In this document: piece by piece, positions 11,852 through 25,350 of the stretch | How the letters are laid out: each line of letters opens with the position of its first letter | Numbering within the stretch: position 1 is the stretch's first letter | Assembly (NCBI RefSeq): GCF_000315625.1 | Contig: NW_005434554.1 | Coordinates: 139,869-203,868 of the forward strand | Direction of reading: 5' to 3' | Length of the DNA: 64,000 nt | From: Guillardia theta CCMP2712 | Lineage: Eukaryota; Protista; Cryptophyta | The notes under the pieces: generated by a model | Seen by the model: only the letters and a program-made list of their open reading frames with translations | The model's database searches: none | Told to the model about the DNA's origin: nothing | Made by a program: the position numbers and the translations under genes

Positions 11852-14800
11852 ATGCGAAGGAGCACCAACAAGCATGTGAGCTCGAAGACGCGCGGGAAGC
11901 TGATAGAAGCGAATCTCCTCGCGAGACGATCTTGGGGAGGCGGTCTGGATGCCGAGAAGGAGAAGGTGGAGTTGCAGGTGACCGGGGTGAACAGCGAGGG
12001 GGAGAGGAAGAGGAAAGAGCTTGAGAGACGCTTGTGGGAGACGAGGACGAGTCTGGACGAGTTAGAGGGAGCAAAGCACGAGCTGCTGGACGAGTCGATG
12101 AGGAGCATGGAGCACATGCTGTCTGAGCTCGAGAAGATCCGCTCCCATGGCGACAGCATGCGAGAGAGCATCGAGAGGGCGAAGCTGCAGCTGGAGAAGG
12201 CGGACCATCTCAAGGAGTTCTGCCTGCGGAACAACGAGATGCTCAGGAGCGAGACGCTGGAGATGCAGGTGGTGCAGGAAGAGGAAGGAGAAGGGGTCTC
12301 TCAAAGCATATCCAAGTACCTCCCCCAGGGGATCGGCGTGTGCGCTGAATGTAAGCCGATGAAGCGCTCGCTGGAGTATTGTAGGATAGAGTCAGGACAC
12401 ACGGAGCAGGTAAGAGAGGAGGGCGAGAGGGAAAGGATAGTCTACCTTCATCAACGATATCGCGACCTCCTGCTGGCAAGGACGAGCCTGTTTGATCGCT
12501 CGAAAGCTTCATTTGCTGACGGGCTGTTGGAAAACTTCAGTTTGAAGCTGCAGAAGCTGGAGGACTTTGGCATGTTTCAGAATCAAGATTGGATGGACGA
12601 GATTTCCAAGAAGAACAATCACGTTGAGAACGGTTTCTACAAGAAATCTTCAACATTACAGCCGACTTTCGATCGCGCCTACTCTTACTCCGGCAAGGGA
12701 TTGTTAGGCAACATGAAATGTGTTCCCAGGAAGCGTTTTTTCTTCACATGCGGCAACTTGTTTGTGATCCAAGAGTTTGATCGAGCTGAACAACAATGCT
12801 TCTCCCAGCACGACGACCTCATCACTTCTTTCTCAGGTCATCCTCGAGAGGACCCTTCCACCATGGCGTCTGGTCAGAGCGGCGAGGGGAAAGTCTTCAT
12901 ATGGGACGTGGATACCTTGCAGACTGTGGCGGAATTGAGCACAACTCCCTCGGAGGAGAAGAAGAAGCATGCGGTGTTGTGGCTCGACCTGCCCAAGGGA
13001 GTCCGAGCTCTCTCCTTCAACGTGCAGGGCGATCACCTGGCAGTGCTGGGGGACGACGAGCAGCAGACCCTCCTGGTGTTCTCTTGCCATGTCCGACACA
13101 ATCGGCGACCCTGGTCCCAGTGCGAGTGCATCGCCAAGTGCTCTGCCTCGCAGCTCAAGGTTGTGGTGTGCGAGTACGACAGGTACAGCTCGAGGCTTGT
13201 GACGGGCGGGGTGAACCACCTGGCCATCTGGTCGGTGAGGGCCGGGGCCCTGGAGCAGGAGAACGTGAGGAGCGGGCATGAGGTGTCGGAGGAGACGCAC
13301 GTGTCGATCGGGTTCGTGGAGCGAGACCTGATGCTGACGGGAACGAGCTCGGGGCTGATCTTCGTGTGGCGAGGATCGCGACTCCATCGGATCATCTCAA
13401 ACGCGCACGTGGGGCCCGTGCTGAGCATCAGCTGCGAGGGAGCGAAGGTGACCACGGGAGGTCAGGACGAGAAGGTCTGCCTGTGGAACTTCGACCCTCT
13501 CTTCCGCATCGCCAACCCCGGCAAGCTCAAGGACGGGGAGATGCTGGTGGAGGAGCTCTTCCTCCCTCGCATCAGCGGGTTTGACTCCACGAGGGAGGAG
13601 GAGGCAAGCGACTCGTTGGGGGCGAACCTCAGCATCGGGAGCGTGTGCTCGGTCTCCTGGAACGTGAACCAGCTCTACTGCGGCACTTGGAACAACCACA
13701 TCCTCGTGCTGGACGTGGCCAGGAAGACAGTCGAGTTCTACGTGGCTGGACACCATGGTGAAGCGATGAGCGGGCTAGCGTTGGACCCTCAAACAGAGAC
13801 GATGGCAACGGTGGGGCATGACGGAGTTATCATCGTCACTGACACGAGGAAGGGACGACCCAAGTGCGCTCTTAACCTCAACGCGAGTTCTTTCAAGGCA
13901 GAGAGGAGACAGAGGAGGAAGACCAAGATCACCTGCGTTGACTTGCACCCGACGGGCTCCGTTGCTGTTGCTACGGATGACGGGGTAATCTTCGGGTTCA
14001 AGCTGGTGGAAGCGACTCAGTCAGCACTGGGGCTGGAGCAGAACCTGATGTCGAAGTTGCTCCTCCGGCGAGACAGGCCAACTTCCATCCGGTTCTCACC
14101 AACAGCAACGAGACTTGCTGTGGGCATGCAGAGCGGGAGAGTGTGTGTCTACGACTTCGATGACTTGGTGCAGCAAACGATTGATCCCGTGGTTTGCCTG
14201 GGGTTGCGACAGGCCGTGACCAACATGGATTGGAACCTTGAAGGCTCCAACATCCGATGCACAGACATGTACAACAACCTGAGGATGTACAACGCGCATA
14301 ACGGCAATGAAATCTTCAACCAGAAATTGAAATTCCGAGCGACGGTGAAGAGAATGAGAGAAAGGGGCAGGTCCTCCATGTCTCCGATCGCTGTTAGCCT
14401 AACGGACTCGCTCCCATACCTCGTGACGTCTGTCGACAAGCTCTTCGACGTCAGGGGTAGGCGGTCAGACGACCTCGAGTACGGGAACGCTCAGATCTCA
14501 GTCGGCGATGAGCTGCTGACTGTCAACGGGATGGAGGTCCAGGACATGAGAGCAGGGGAGCTGCAGCTGCTGCTGTACGGGAGCGTCTGCACCAGGGAGT
14601 GCTCGACTGACTGCGGGCATGCCAACATAACTCTAGAGCTCATGAGATCTGTCGAGCTGGAAAGAACGACTGGGAAGATGGCAGAGGAGCAGGAGGTGAA
14701 GGAACAAGGACGGAAGAAGATAGAATGGAACTCCCTGTCGTGTCCTTTGAGCTGGGAATGCTCGGACCTCTTCCTGCAAGAGGACGAGGCTTCAGCGCTC

Positions 14801-17800
14801 CGCTCTGTCACCTACCTGTCGGACAAGGAGACTGTGATTGCTGGCAACGTGTATGGAAACATACATGTTCTCACTAGAAATGGTGGAGGCATACATGTTC
14901 TCAGAAGAGACGCGGGAGGGACAGGCGGCAAGGTAGCAGAAGATTCACAGCAGACCATTCAGTGCTCCGTCGATTTCATTGTTGCGCATGCCGACAAAAA
15001 GATCTTCGTCACAGCCTCTCGCACCTTCGAGCTCACAGTGCAATGGAGGCTGGTGGCGGTGGAAGCGACAGCGCGTGTAGAGCATGCAGACGATGAGCTG
15101 GTGGCCATGAGGGACGAGTACAGGGAGTGGTACGGGGCGTCCACGAAGGTGGTGGGTCAAATCGCATGGCAGAGGAGGGAGGAGGACAGTCTGCAACGTC
15201 AGCTGAGGTGGGTGCAGAGCAGCGTACCTGCCCCGAGCAAGGAGGCTCGCAGAGTTCGCAGCGAGTACGAGGTGAGGATAGAGCATGTGCTCGGGCAGGC
15301 GCGGGCGACGAGGAGGAGGGCGATGGCGGTGCTGGCTAGCGGGGAGATGCTCTATCCTCTTGGTATCTACTGCGTTGTGGAGAACTTGATGGAGGAGGAG
15401 ACGCGGCAGCGGCTGTTTGTCGGGCATGTGAACTTGGTCACTACCCTGACGGTTCACCCGAACAAGCGGCTGGTGGCTAGCGGGGATGCAGGACCGGTAG
15501 CTAAAGTCTGCGTGTGGGACGCGGAGGGTGCGGAGTGGGTTGACGGGGTGCTGACGTCGGAGATGCTAGGTGAAGCTATTGCTTCCTTTGACCTCGCTGA
15601 CGGGCAGCAGGTCTATCAGGATACTTCAGCTCTCCCATCTCCTCCCTTGAGTTCTCGAGGGATGGGAGGCTGCTGATGATCGCGGAGGAAGGAGGAGGAG
15701 GGGACGTGCTGATCTTTGACTGGGAGCTTCAACCTGAGTCTCCCCTAGCACGAACTTCCCTCCCTCACGGCCCCCCCATCGTCGCTTGTCACATCCCTGA
15801 CACCAACCTGATCGTGTTGTGCTTTCACCGGGGCAACAAGCTCCTGCAGGTTCACGACCCGAGCGACGAGGACGCGAGCTCCTCGTGCTCCTTGTCCCTC
15901 ACGTCGACGCGAGTCTCGGATGGACATCATGCCTGGGCTCTGCTTCAAGTTGCCTCCCCGGGGCTGGAGGGGAACGTGCGTCAAGGAGGTGGGGAGGACT
16001 CTCTGACTGACGAGCGGCAGGTGGAGGAGGCAGGGCTGGCGTACCTGACGGCAGGACAGACGTGGATGGAGGCGGTTGCGAGCGAGTGGTGGGCGAGCGG
16101 GACGACAGGAGGGGAGCTGCTGCTGTGGCATAAGGAGGAGCTGGTGCAGTCGGAGAGGGCGCATGAGGGCTGCTTGCTGGCTGTAGCGTCAAACTATGAG
16201 TTCCGCAGCGGCTACTTCAAGACTGAAGGAGACGGGAAGGACTTGCAAGACTCGGGCGACAAGGGGACAGGGGAGAGAGTGTCGTGGAGGAGGGCGAGGC
16301 AGAACAAGGAGCTTGACGTGAAAGCTGACAGGGACCTCGTGGTGACGGTAGGAGCTGACGAGACCATGCGAGTCTGGAAGCTGTCGGACAGCTTCGTGGT
16401 GGGAGGAAGGAGATTCAAGATCGACGAGCTGTACGCGCGGCTGAAGATGCTGTCACAGAGCATCCGGTCGCGTCTGATTCTCATCTCCACCATCGACCTC
16501 TGGATCAAGACCATCCAATCTCTTGACGTGTTCGAGCTTCTCAGTCAGAGCCACGTCATCGGTCCTCATGAGTGGTACCCGATCCTTGAGAAGAACAAGA
16601 AGCTGGCGGAGACTTACGTTGACTTCTTCAACTTCATGCTTGACGTCCAACGGTTCTGTGCCGCCAAGTATCAAACAGACACTTCGGAGTTGATACAGAG
16701 AGTGTTTCATTGGAAAACACGATCAAGACAATGAGGGCGGAGAAACTTCAGGTCGTCTCGTGACTTGAAGATGCGACGCTGACTGAAATATGACAGGACA
16801 AAGTTAAAATCCTCACCCATCAGAATGAAATTTCAAGGTTGAAAAAGCTGCTCAGCGAGCAGAACTTTGCAATACAGAAGAGCGTTGCCCTGGTTGAAGA
16901 ATTCAAGGTAGATCATCTCAAGAACAACCTGGTGCCTGATATGTCTGATGTTGTGTGATACTCTGACTTCATATTGCTAGTCATCGTCGGATACTCTCCA
17001 ACCTCAGTTCTTGAACTTCACTTCCTCTTCCGAGGTTGTGCTGGGGTATCGTGACATGTCAATGTTCCACCTGAACCTCAAAGACGGTACTCGCACATCC
17101 TCCTCGTCTCGTTGCTGACAGCTGTGCTGATAGGCTGCTGGCGAACGATCCATCAGGGCTTCGCTGCCGACGTGACGCAGATCAGAGCCTCTGTCGACGT
17201 CAACGAGATGGTGACAGCTGGAAACTCTTCCCACGTGAACTTCTGGCGGGTTGACAACTACAAGCTGAGAAAGCACAAGCTCGATCGAGTCGTGAGCAGC
17301 GTCGACACGTGCGAGAGCTTCACCGTCTGCGGCTGCGAGGATGGCGCAATGGTGTTCATGCTGAATGACAAGCAGAAGCTCACCTACACCATCCAGCTGG
17401 GAAAGGAGAAGATCCACCGGGTGAGGATCAACAAGGCAGGCGACATGCTGGCAGCAGCGGTTTCGCGCGAGGTTCTCATCTGCAATGTACAGAAGTTGAA
17501 GGGGGAGGGGGAGGGGGAGGATGGAAATGCCTCGCTCGCCTCCTCCTCCTCGATCGTTGGACGTCTGTCAGGCCACACGTCTCAGGTCTCTGAGCTCGAC
17601 TGGTCTGTCGACGGGGAGTGGCTCCGCTCAGTCTCGTTAGAAGCAGGAGAGCTCTTGTTCTGGGACGCTTTCAAGTGCCGCCGCCTCTCCCCCTTCCTCT
17701 CTCGCGATGTTGAGTGGCTCAGCGCAAGCTGCTCCTTGGGATGGCACGTGATACCGGGGCACGAGCACACGTGGCTGGACGAGAAGCTGGTGAGCAAGCA

Positions 17801-19300
17801 CCTCCGAGTGACGCGGGGGATGCAGGTCACCCGCCAGCTGGTGGAGGAGGAGTCGAGAGCCGTGGTGGGAACGGTCTCGAGGTTGACGGGGGAGGACGTC
17901 TGCCTTGTGCAGTGGCACAACAAGGTGGCCAAGTCCTTCTGGCAGATGGAGAAGGAAGCTGAGAACGAGGACAAGCGCAAACAGCTGCGGCTGCTGGACA
18001 ACACCCGGGAAAACTACATCCTGGTTACGGACTCTTGGAAGGACCAGGAGGAAGGAATTCAGCTCGTGGGGTGCGGCGATCGCAACGGGCATGTTCTGAT
18101 CTTCGACTCTTCCCAGCACGCGTTTCCACGGCCCATCCTCCAAGTGCAGGTACACTCCGGGCCAGTTTCTCAGCTCAGCTTCTCGATGGATGGGAGTCGT
18201 ATCTTCACCTACGGGGAGGACTCTTGCTTAACTGCCTGGCGGTTTCAAAAGCGAGCAGCTGGGGTGTGTCTTGCTGACTTCCTGCTGGACTGCTCGACAG
18301 GCAGCTCGATCCACTTCTTCAAGAGGCTCAAGGAGCTGCCAGCCATGCTGTTCCCGTCCGATCGAGTGGGGGGCCGGGAGAGGATGAAGCACGTGCTGAA
18401 GCTGGTGGATCAGATGCGGTCAGGAGTGAGAGGAGACTCGGACAGGTCGGTCGGAGTGATCATGTCGTTTGATGAGAGGATGGGGATCGAGTTGTTCCAG
18501 CAGAGGAAGCAGCCGAGAGTGATCGAGCAGATAGCAGAGGAGCTCTTGTTGCTGTTCGACATCCCCAGCAGAAGGGTCGAGTTCCATGTTATCGATCGCA
18601 AGGTCTGCACTACCTTCCAGTTCAACCTCCTCCCGAGGTTCTCGCAGTCGGAGCCGTCGACGCATCAATGTCTTTCTCTGCTCCTGCAAGAGATCATAAA
18701 CCCCTTCGTGCTCAAGAAGCGTCAGAGCAGCTTCAAGTACCTCCAGCATGTCATCCTTGCAAACAAAGTCGAAACCTTCAGAACCAGCGGGAACAAGCAG
18801 CTCCAGCAGCAGGTGGAGGAGCAGGACAGCAAGAGCGCAAACCTGATAGCTCGCCTCCGGCGCTTCGAGCAAAGATTTCGCATCTACCACCGGAGAATCT
18901 TCGAGGGCATCCAGCCCACCAAGGTGACGCAGTCGAGGAGCGGACAGCAGCGGGTGAAGTTCAACGAGACGATCATGACAAGGGGAGAGCTGAAGCTGCT
19001 CTTCAACCTCCTCGACCATGGGAACAGGAAAGTCATTCGTGTGGACGACCTGCTGAAGGCCGTCAAGAACAACCCCGACCTTGCCAACATCCTCAACGTG
19101 GCCACGGAGAGCAGTCAGAGCATGATGTAGCTGCCCTGTGCCGGTAGCCCCGGGCCCTCTGACTTGCTCTCTCAGATTGAAGCGGATCGAGTCAAAGTTG
19201 CCCAACTCCCCCAAGGAACTGATGAGCAGGGAGATCGACGCCAACGACTTCATCAGCATCTTCAAGGGTGAGTTCACCTGCCTTCTCCTCCTTTTCTTGG

Positions 19301-19397
<97 letters not shown>

Positions 19398-21859
19398 TTC
19401 CCCTCTTCTCTTTCTCCTCCTCTCTTACCTCCCTCTCCTGTCTCACCTCCCTCTCTCCTCCCCCTCTCCTCCCCCTCTCCTCCCGCTGCTCCTCTTCCTC
19501 CTCCTCCAACACCACCACTTCCTCCTCCTCCTCTTCATCTGCCCATGTGATCAACGCGGGTTGAGCTTGGGCCCTGACAATCTGCGCAGAGGAGAGAAGT
19601 AAGACGGAAGAGGAGCAGGAAGTGAAGAGGATCGAAGGAGATCGGTGGAGCATCAGGAACAGAATCCACCAGGCCCCAGGGACTCACCTGACCTCCCTCC
19701 TCGTCTCTCGCCCATGGCGTGAGGCGATTAGGAGGGAGAGGTCGCCCTCAGAGCTCTGGGAGCACGGCATTCACTCCCTCACCAGCCTCATGGCTGATCG
19801 CAACACTAACAAGGATGTTGAAGCTGGGGGAGGCGTCAAAGCTTCCCTGCAGTCCACCACTGACGAGGGTACTCCTTCTCTTCTGCTCTGCTCTACCGTG
19901 TTGAGCTCTTCTCTTGGACTGACTTTCCTTGACAGCCTTCAGACGGCACATGAAGCAGTACGCGCCTGTCAAGACAGCATTGGAAGTGTTTCAAGTGTTG
20001 GACGTCAACAGTCGAGGCTTCATCACCTTCTCATCCTTGTGCGACGCACTGCAAGCAGGGGATGATGCAGTCAAGCTGGGGATATTCATCCTCGACTCGT
20101 TCCAAGCCTTCACCGCAAGGCTCTCTCGATACCTGTGCTCCCAGCCCTCCCCTACTCTCTCCCTCCTCTTACGCCCTGGCAGGTTTGGAGAGGAGGAGAT
20201 CAGCGGCAGCCGCCCCATCTCGCTCGATCACTTCCTCGAGAGATTCAGCGCAACTTCCAGAGGTCTTGACATGTCTTCAAGCTGCTGATGCTGACGGGGG
20301 TCGCGCGTCAGACAAGCTCTCGGTCGTTGTCCCCTTCAGGCCTCCCATGAAGCCTAGTAAGATCTCAGCCTCCCTCACGCTCCACCTCTTCCAGGAGATC
20401 CAGGGGGGCCTGGGCAGGAGCGTCAAGTTCGAAGATCTCATGCAGTATGTGAAGAGCAACCGAACGTGCTCGGACGCCCTGGGGCTCACGGACTGGCTGA
20501 AGCAAGGCGATGCTGCGGAGAGAGTTTCACTCCACATGTACCAACTCTCCTCTTGCCCAGTCCACCTCTGACGATGCTTCAGTTTCGGGAGCAGCAGCGG
20601 CTGGAAGGAGAGGGAGCTGCTGCTAGAGGACTTCCTCGTAGCCTTCGCGCACGTGTCGAAAGGTTAGCGGAGCCTCTGACAGCTGGAGGGTTGCTGACGA
20701 CTGACAGACAAGCTCGGCGTTTCTCGCCCTTACAAGATGCCGCGGTGGAAGCAGAGCCTCCCCAAAATCTCCCTGCCCACCGCGATGAAAGTGTTTGACA
20801 TGTGCTCGGACAAGCCCGCGCACTCCATCTCCTTCGGGCAGCTCATCGAGAGTCTGGAGAGATACCCCAACATGGTTGAGATGATGCAGCTGGGTGAGGT
20901 GATGAAGGAGGAGGACAGGGCAGCCACTATCTTTCAATCCATGTACTGCGATAGCTCCCTCCTGCCTGCTGCTCACTGTGACGCTCAGGTTCGGCTCCAA
21001 GGAGATGGACTTCAGGAAGAGCATCTCGTTTCAAGACTTCATCCGCATCTTTTCTTCGCAAGACAAACGTGCTCTGCCTCCCCTCCTCCTCCTCCCTCGC
21101 TGACGTCAGTTTGACGCAGACGCTCTTGGCCTGTCCAAGGGCTTCAAGCGCAAGAGGAGGAGGGCGCGAGTGACCCTCCTGCCTGTGGACATGGCGAGCA
21201 AGTGCTTCGAAGAGCTGGACGAGAGGAGAAGAGGCTTCATAACTCATAGCGAACTCATCTCGAAGCTCTACGACAAGCCGCACCTCGCTAAGGCCCTCGG
21301 GTTGGCGAACAAGATGTCCTTCATGCCCCGGCAGCGCTTCTCCCTCTTCCTCTACGGCATCTTGTACGCTCCTCTCCCACACGCCTCCTCCTGACTTCAC
21401 CGCAGCAACCCCGGCAAGAGCGAAGTGGCAGAGGCGCAGAAGTACTCCTCCCGGCACTTCGTCAAGACTCTCTCCGGCACCGACCTCGCCGGTCAGTCCA
21501 ACGCCCTGCGCAACTGGAGGAAGCTCTTCCGCAGCCAACTCGATCGCCCGAGGTGGACGCAGCTCGTGACTCGGCTCCTCATCTTCAACCTCTCCCTCTT
21601 CTCCGTCAAGGGCATCCGGAGGATCCGCAACGCTGCTGTGCAGGCCGCCGAGCTGACCGTGCGCTTCATGGAGGCGATTGACTCACCCAGAGCAGTGCTG
21701 CACAAGGGGGACGGGGACAAAATCGCTGCCGTGCTGTGCCAGGTGGTTTACATTGCCAACTTCAACGGGCCCGTGCACGAGTCGCAGCTGGACCTCGCGG
21801 TCTCTCGAGTCAGGAGGCTGCTGGACTCGATGAGGAGCAAGGGCTTGTCGGCTACTTGA
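11852..21859 (+). CDS. Large EML/EMAP-like WD40 protein with N-terminal coiled coil, inserted PDZ-like domain and C-terminal EF-hand-like repeats (multi-exon)
   Basis: HELP-like motifs (FDRAYSYSGK, IEHVLG) and many WD repeats (HDDLITSFSGHP..MASGQ..VFIWD; AHVGPVLSI..TTGGQDEKVCLWN; GHTSQVSELDWSVDG). EF-hand-like segments: LFNLLDHGNRKVIRVDDL, VFQVLDVNSRGFITFSSL, CFEELDERRRGFITHSEL. Confidence 0.8.
19301..19395. repeat. (CTG)n intronic trinucleotide tract
   Basis: Direct reading; lies in an intron of the EML-like gene. Confidence 0.95.
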
Positions 21860-22455
21860 GGTGAGTGAGTGTGAGGCAAGTGAAGCAGCAAGCGATCAGT
21901 GAAGCGACATGTACACGATGACAACCAACGACACTCGCATATCTGATGACGCCTTAGCGCCGCCGGCTCTTTCCCGGCGAAACTTGATTTTTTCAAAAGT
22001 TACTTATCAGCTGCGATGAGTCCTTTCGGTTACCAAACGTGTGTCGTAAATTTCATCCACATTCACGAAACGCTCTGATACTACAACGTTTCTGGAAAAT
22101 TACAATTGAGTGAACCCTGCCAGCCTGCACCCCTACCACCACCGACTAGAAGTACCCCCACCCCCTCTATGGCCTTGCTCCACCATGCATGGTACCACAA
22201 TAATCATGAACGCAAAAAGCTCCTGATGACCCCTACCCCCTTTCTACCACTCCTTTCGGTCCTCCGCCGTTAACCCCTTCCCATACGAAATCCCTTCACC
22301 TTCCTACGCATCTACCCTTCTCCACTTTCCAACTCATTCTCAACCCCCTTCTTCCCTATCCTTCTTCCTCTTCCTCTCCCTCTCTCTCTCCCTCTCTCTC
22401 TCCCTCTTCTTCGTCTCCAGTTTCGTTGTTGCCTTGAAACGAACAAACAATATCG

Positions 22456-23399
22456 ATGCATCCCTTCGAAGATCCTTACCCTCCCCTTCCTCTCATCCCA
22501 AAAGATGAAGTCGCTCAGGTGAACTATGAGTTCAAACTCTTTTCTCCTGATTTGCATAACACAATCGTCCCAGGTCAGGATGTATGAGATCCAAGCAAGC
22601 CCCCCCTGCGTCATGGTCAGAGCGCTCCTCGCCTATGGAGGACTCAAGTACGAGAGCGTCCTCGTCAACATGATGAGCACAAGGCATCTGGACATTCCGA
22701 CCCTGGTCGTTAACGGCATGCAGGTGCCTGCCGCCACAACAAACCAAGCCGACTCAGCCTGACGTCCTGCCCAGATTAACGACTCCTACATCATCTACAA
22801 AGAGCTCTCCGCCATCATCTTCGAGCGATCTCTCTCGGCCCTAGAGTGCCAGCAGATCCATGACATCACGTACGGGATGCTGCTGGCGTTCCAGTCGGAG
22901 TTCTTCAGCTCTCTGGCCGTGAGGAAGAAGTTCGTCCGCCTGTCCTTCGCGGGCAACGGCTGCTTCACGTGCTTCTTCCACCCTCTCATCCGCATGTACG
23001 TGGGCCGTGCTCCCAACCGCATCCAGTAAGTCCAAGAGGGTGAGGGCGAGGGCTGATGACTGCTACCACAGCGCGGCCCATCCTGACCTGCAGTCGTTGG
23101 ACTTCTACGGGAAGAAGTTTAGCGCGGAGATCAACAAGGGGACGTTTCACGGAGGAGCTCAGCCCGGGCCCGTCGACATCATGGTGTGGGCCCTGACGGA
23201 GCTCGGCAAGGTGAGGCCTGGGTGTGGGTGAGGGGGGTCGGGGGGCTTGGGGGGGCACGGGGGCTGGAGGAGAGGAGAGGGGCGGGTCGGGGACTGACGA
23301 GGGAACGCTTGGCAGCACATGGGCCTCGAGCCGAGCATCGAGCGGTGGATCGCGGGGTGCGGTCTGAGAGCATGGTCCAACGCGATGGAGGGTACTTGA
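22456..23399 (+). CDS. Glutaredoxin/GST-fold protein, prostaglandin E synthase 2-like, copy 1
   Basis: Spliced: VRMYEIQASPPCVMVRALLAYGGLKYESVLVNMM..IPTLVVNGMQ-INDSYII ... FHGGAQPGPVDIMVWA; four introns. Confidence 0.8.
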
Positions 23400-23868
23400 A
23401 TGTGTAGAGGAGGGGGAGGAGACTGAGACAGGGTGGCACGTCAGATGTGATGGGGAGGAAGCAATCTCTCTGGTGGGACCAATAGAAGTCAACGTCTTTC
23501 TGCTGGAGTATTGCTCTCGTTGGAGTTGGTGCGTGCGCGCGCGTATGTGAAGGGGGTTGGAAGGGAATCAGAACCGGGCAGGAGGGGGGAGCGGAATGAG
23601 CTGTAAAGAAAATGATTGCTAGCTTGTAAATAGTAAGAGGGCCTTCAGAAAGGAGGAGAATTCAAAGTACTCCCTTGTTTCTTAGAGCCGATGTAAAGTT
23701 TGAGTGCTGTATTTTTGCTTGACAATGAAATTACACTGAACGTCGCATACCTCCTCACCGGGAAAAATACAAGATTAAGAGCTCAGCTTCTTGCATTTGA
23801 TAGACATAGCAGTCGCTGGTCAAATCGGAAAACTTGCAGCTGTGAAGGCTTGTCGGGGTTTACATGCT

Positions 23869-25350
23869 CTAGCGCTGGAGAAGCTTGACCAGCTTCTCCA
23901 AGACAGGCCCACATCGCTCGTGGATCTGCAGGCAGGGTCATGGACAGCATCTGACTCTGCAGGGCTGACAGACCTTGAGGTGGTTGACTTGTTGTTTGTC
24001 CATCCTTGTCTCTCCTATGTTGATGGCTGCGATGGGAATCTTGCGCCTGTGAGCCTCTTGCACCAACCGGAAGGACGACAGTACCTGCTCAGTGCTGTCA
24101 CTCGTTCGGCTTCATCCCCCCTCAGCCCTCTCCAACCGAGACAGAGGAGCCGATCACAAGCAGACCAGAAGCTCCTTGAACTAGCTCACTAGCCTGGTCC
24201 TTCTTGTCCTTGGGAACGATATCGCCTTCACAACCGTCAGATGCTGCCAAGTGAAAGACCCGAACGAGAACCGAAGAAAACAACGTCAGGTTTCATGATC
24301 CCTCCGCATTCTTTGCACTCTGAACCAGGGCAAAAGTTCAGAAGCGGCACAAAATTTCGTGCTGTCCACCAGGCACGTGAAAATCCTCGAAGTCTGAGTT
24401 AGTCAGGTTAACATCGCCTGGACAACATCAGCTCCATCACATAGCTCACGTCGAGTGTACCGTCCGCTCGCATCTCGGCAGTGAAGTAGTGATCGTGATG
24501 GGACAGCCATTCTCTGTTTGCCGGCTCGAGATGATGATCATGGAACTCTTGCCGTGACCTGCGGAGGGTCAGGACAAAACCTCAGGTCCGCGGGGTGGGA
24601 GCGATCACATTCGGTTCCCACAGGACATGCATCGGACGATGTCGTTCCTCCCATGCAGATCAAGGACCTTGACACTCCCAGCCTGCAAGCTCTGTCATCT
24701 GAGGATCGTCATGGCTGACGGCCAACCTTCTGGTGTAGCCCATCAACGTTCTGGGTGACGATGTGGTCGAACACCTTCATGCCCTCAAGTCTCTGCAGGG
24801 CGACATGCCCCAGGTTCCTACAGCTCTTCCTCAGTCTCCTCGCACCGTCTCAAGGGGCACTCACGGTCGAGCACGAGCAAGAGGCTGCCAACCGAAGAAA
24901 GACCTTGCCCAGTACCTGCTCCTTATGAGATAGGCGGCCAGTTCAAGGCAGAGGCATGCATACACCTTCTCCTACTGTTGACGGACGTCATGAACCTGTT
25001 GTGCATGATGGGCTTGTGGCCCTTGCTGTACGAACCATTGGGGGATCTGCAGCATGGATCAGTCAAGTTGTCTACCAGGTGGCCATCCCTCCTCCTCACC
25101 GGTAGTCAGGTATCCCACTCTCCGTGCTCACTCCCGCGCCTGTCAGAGCTACGATCCTCTGCGAGCTGCACCTGTCGATCCAGGAAGCAAGCTTATATGC
25201 AGCATCCTGCTCTTGGCCATGGCCCGTTGGAGGCTCGAAGGAGGGGTTGCTTTGCCTAGCGCAACAGTGATCGGGCTAGCACCGCAGATTCAGCACATGC
25301 CACCTCACGACGTGTGACGAGAAGCGCTTGCGTAAACAGGAATTGATCAT
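23869..25350 (-). CDS. Sir2-family NAD-dependent deacylase, SIRT4-like (class II), probably mitochondrial
   Basis: [75 protein letters not shown]; basic N-terminus [13 protein letters not shown]. Confidence 0.9.

Noticed and set aside
21943-22010. Hammerhead ribozyme (CTGATGA ... GGCGAAAC ... AAGTT)
   Set aside because: Core-like words and partial stems II/III are present, but stem I cannot be paired and there is an extra base before stem II. An Infernal scan would be needed to revive this.
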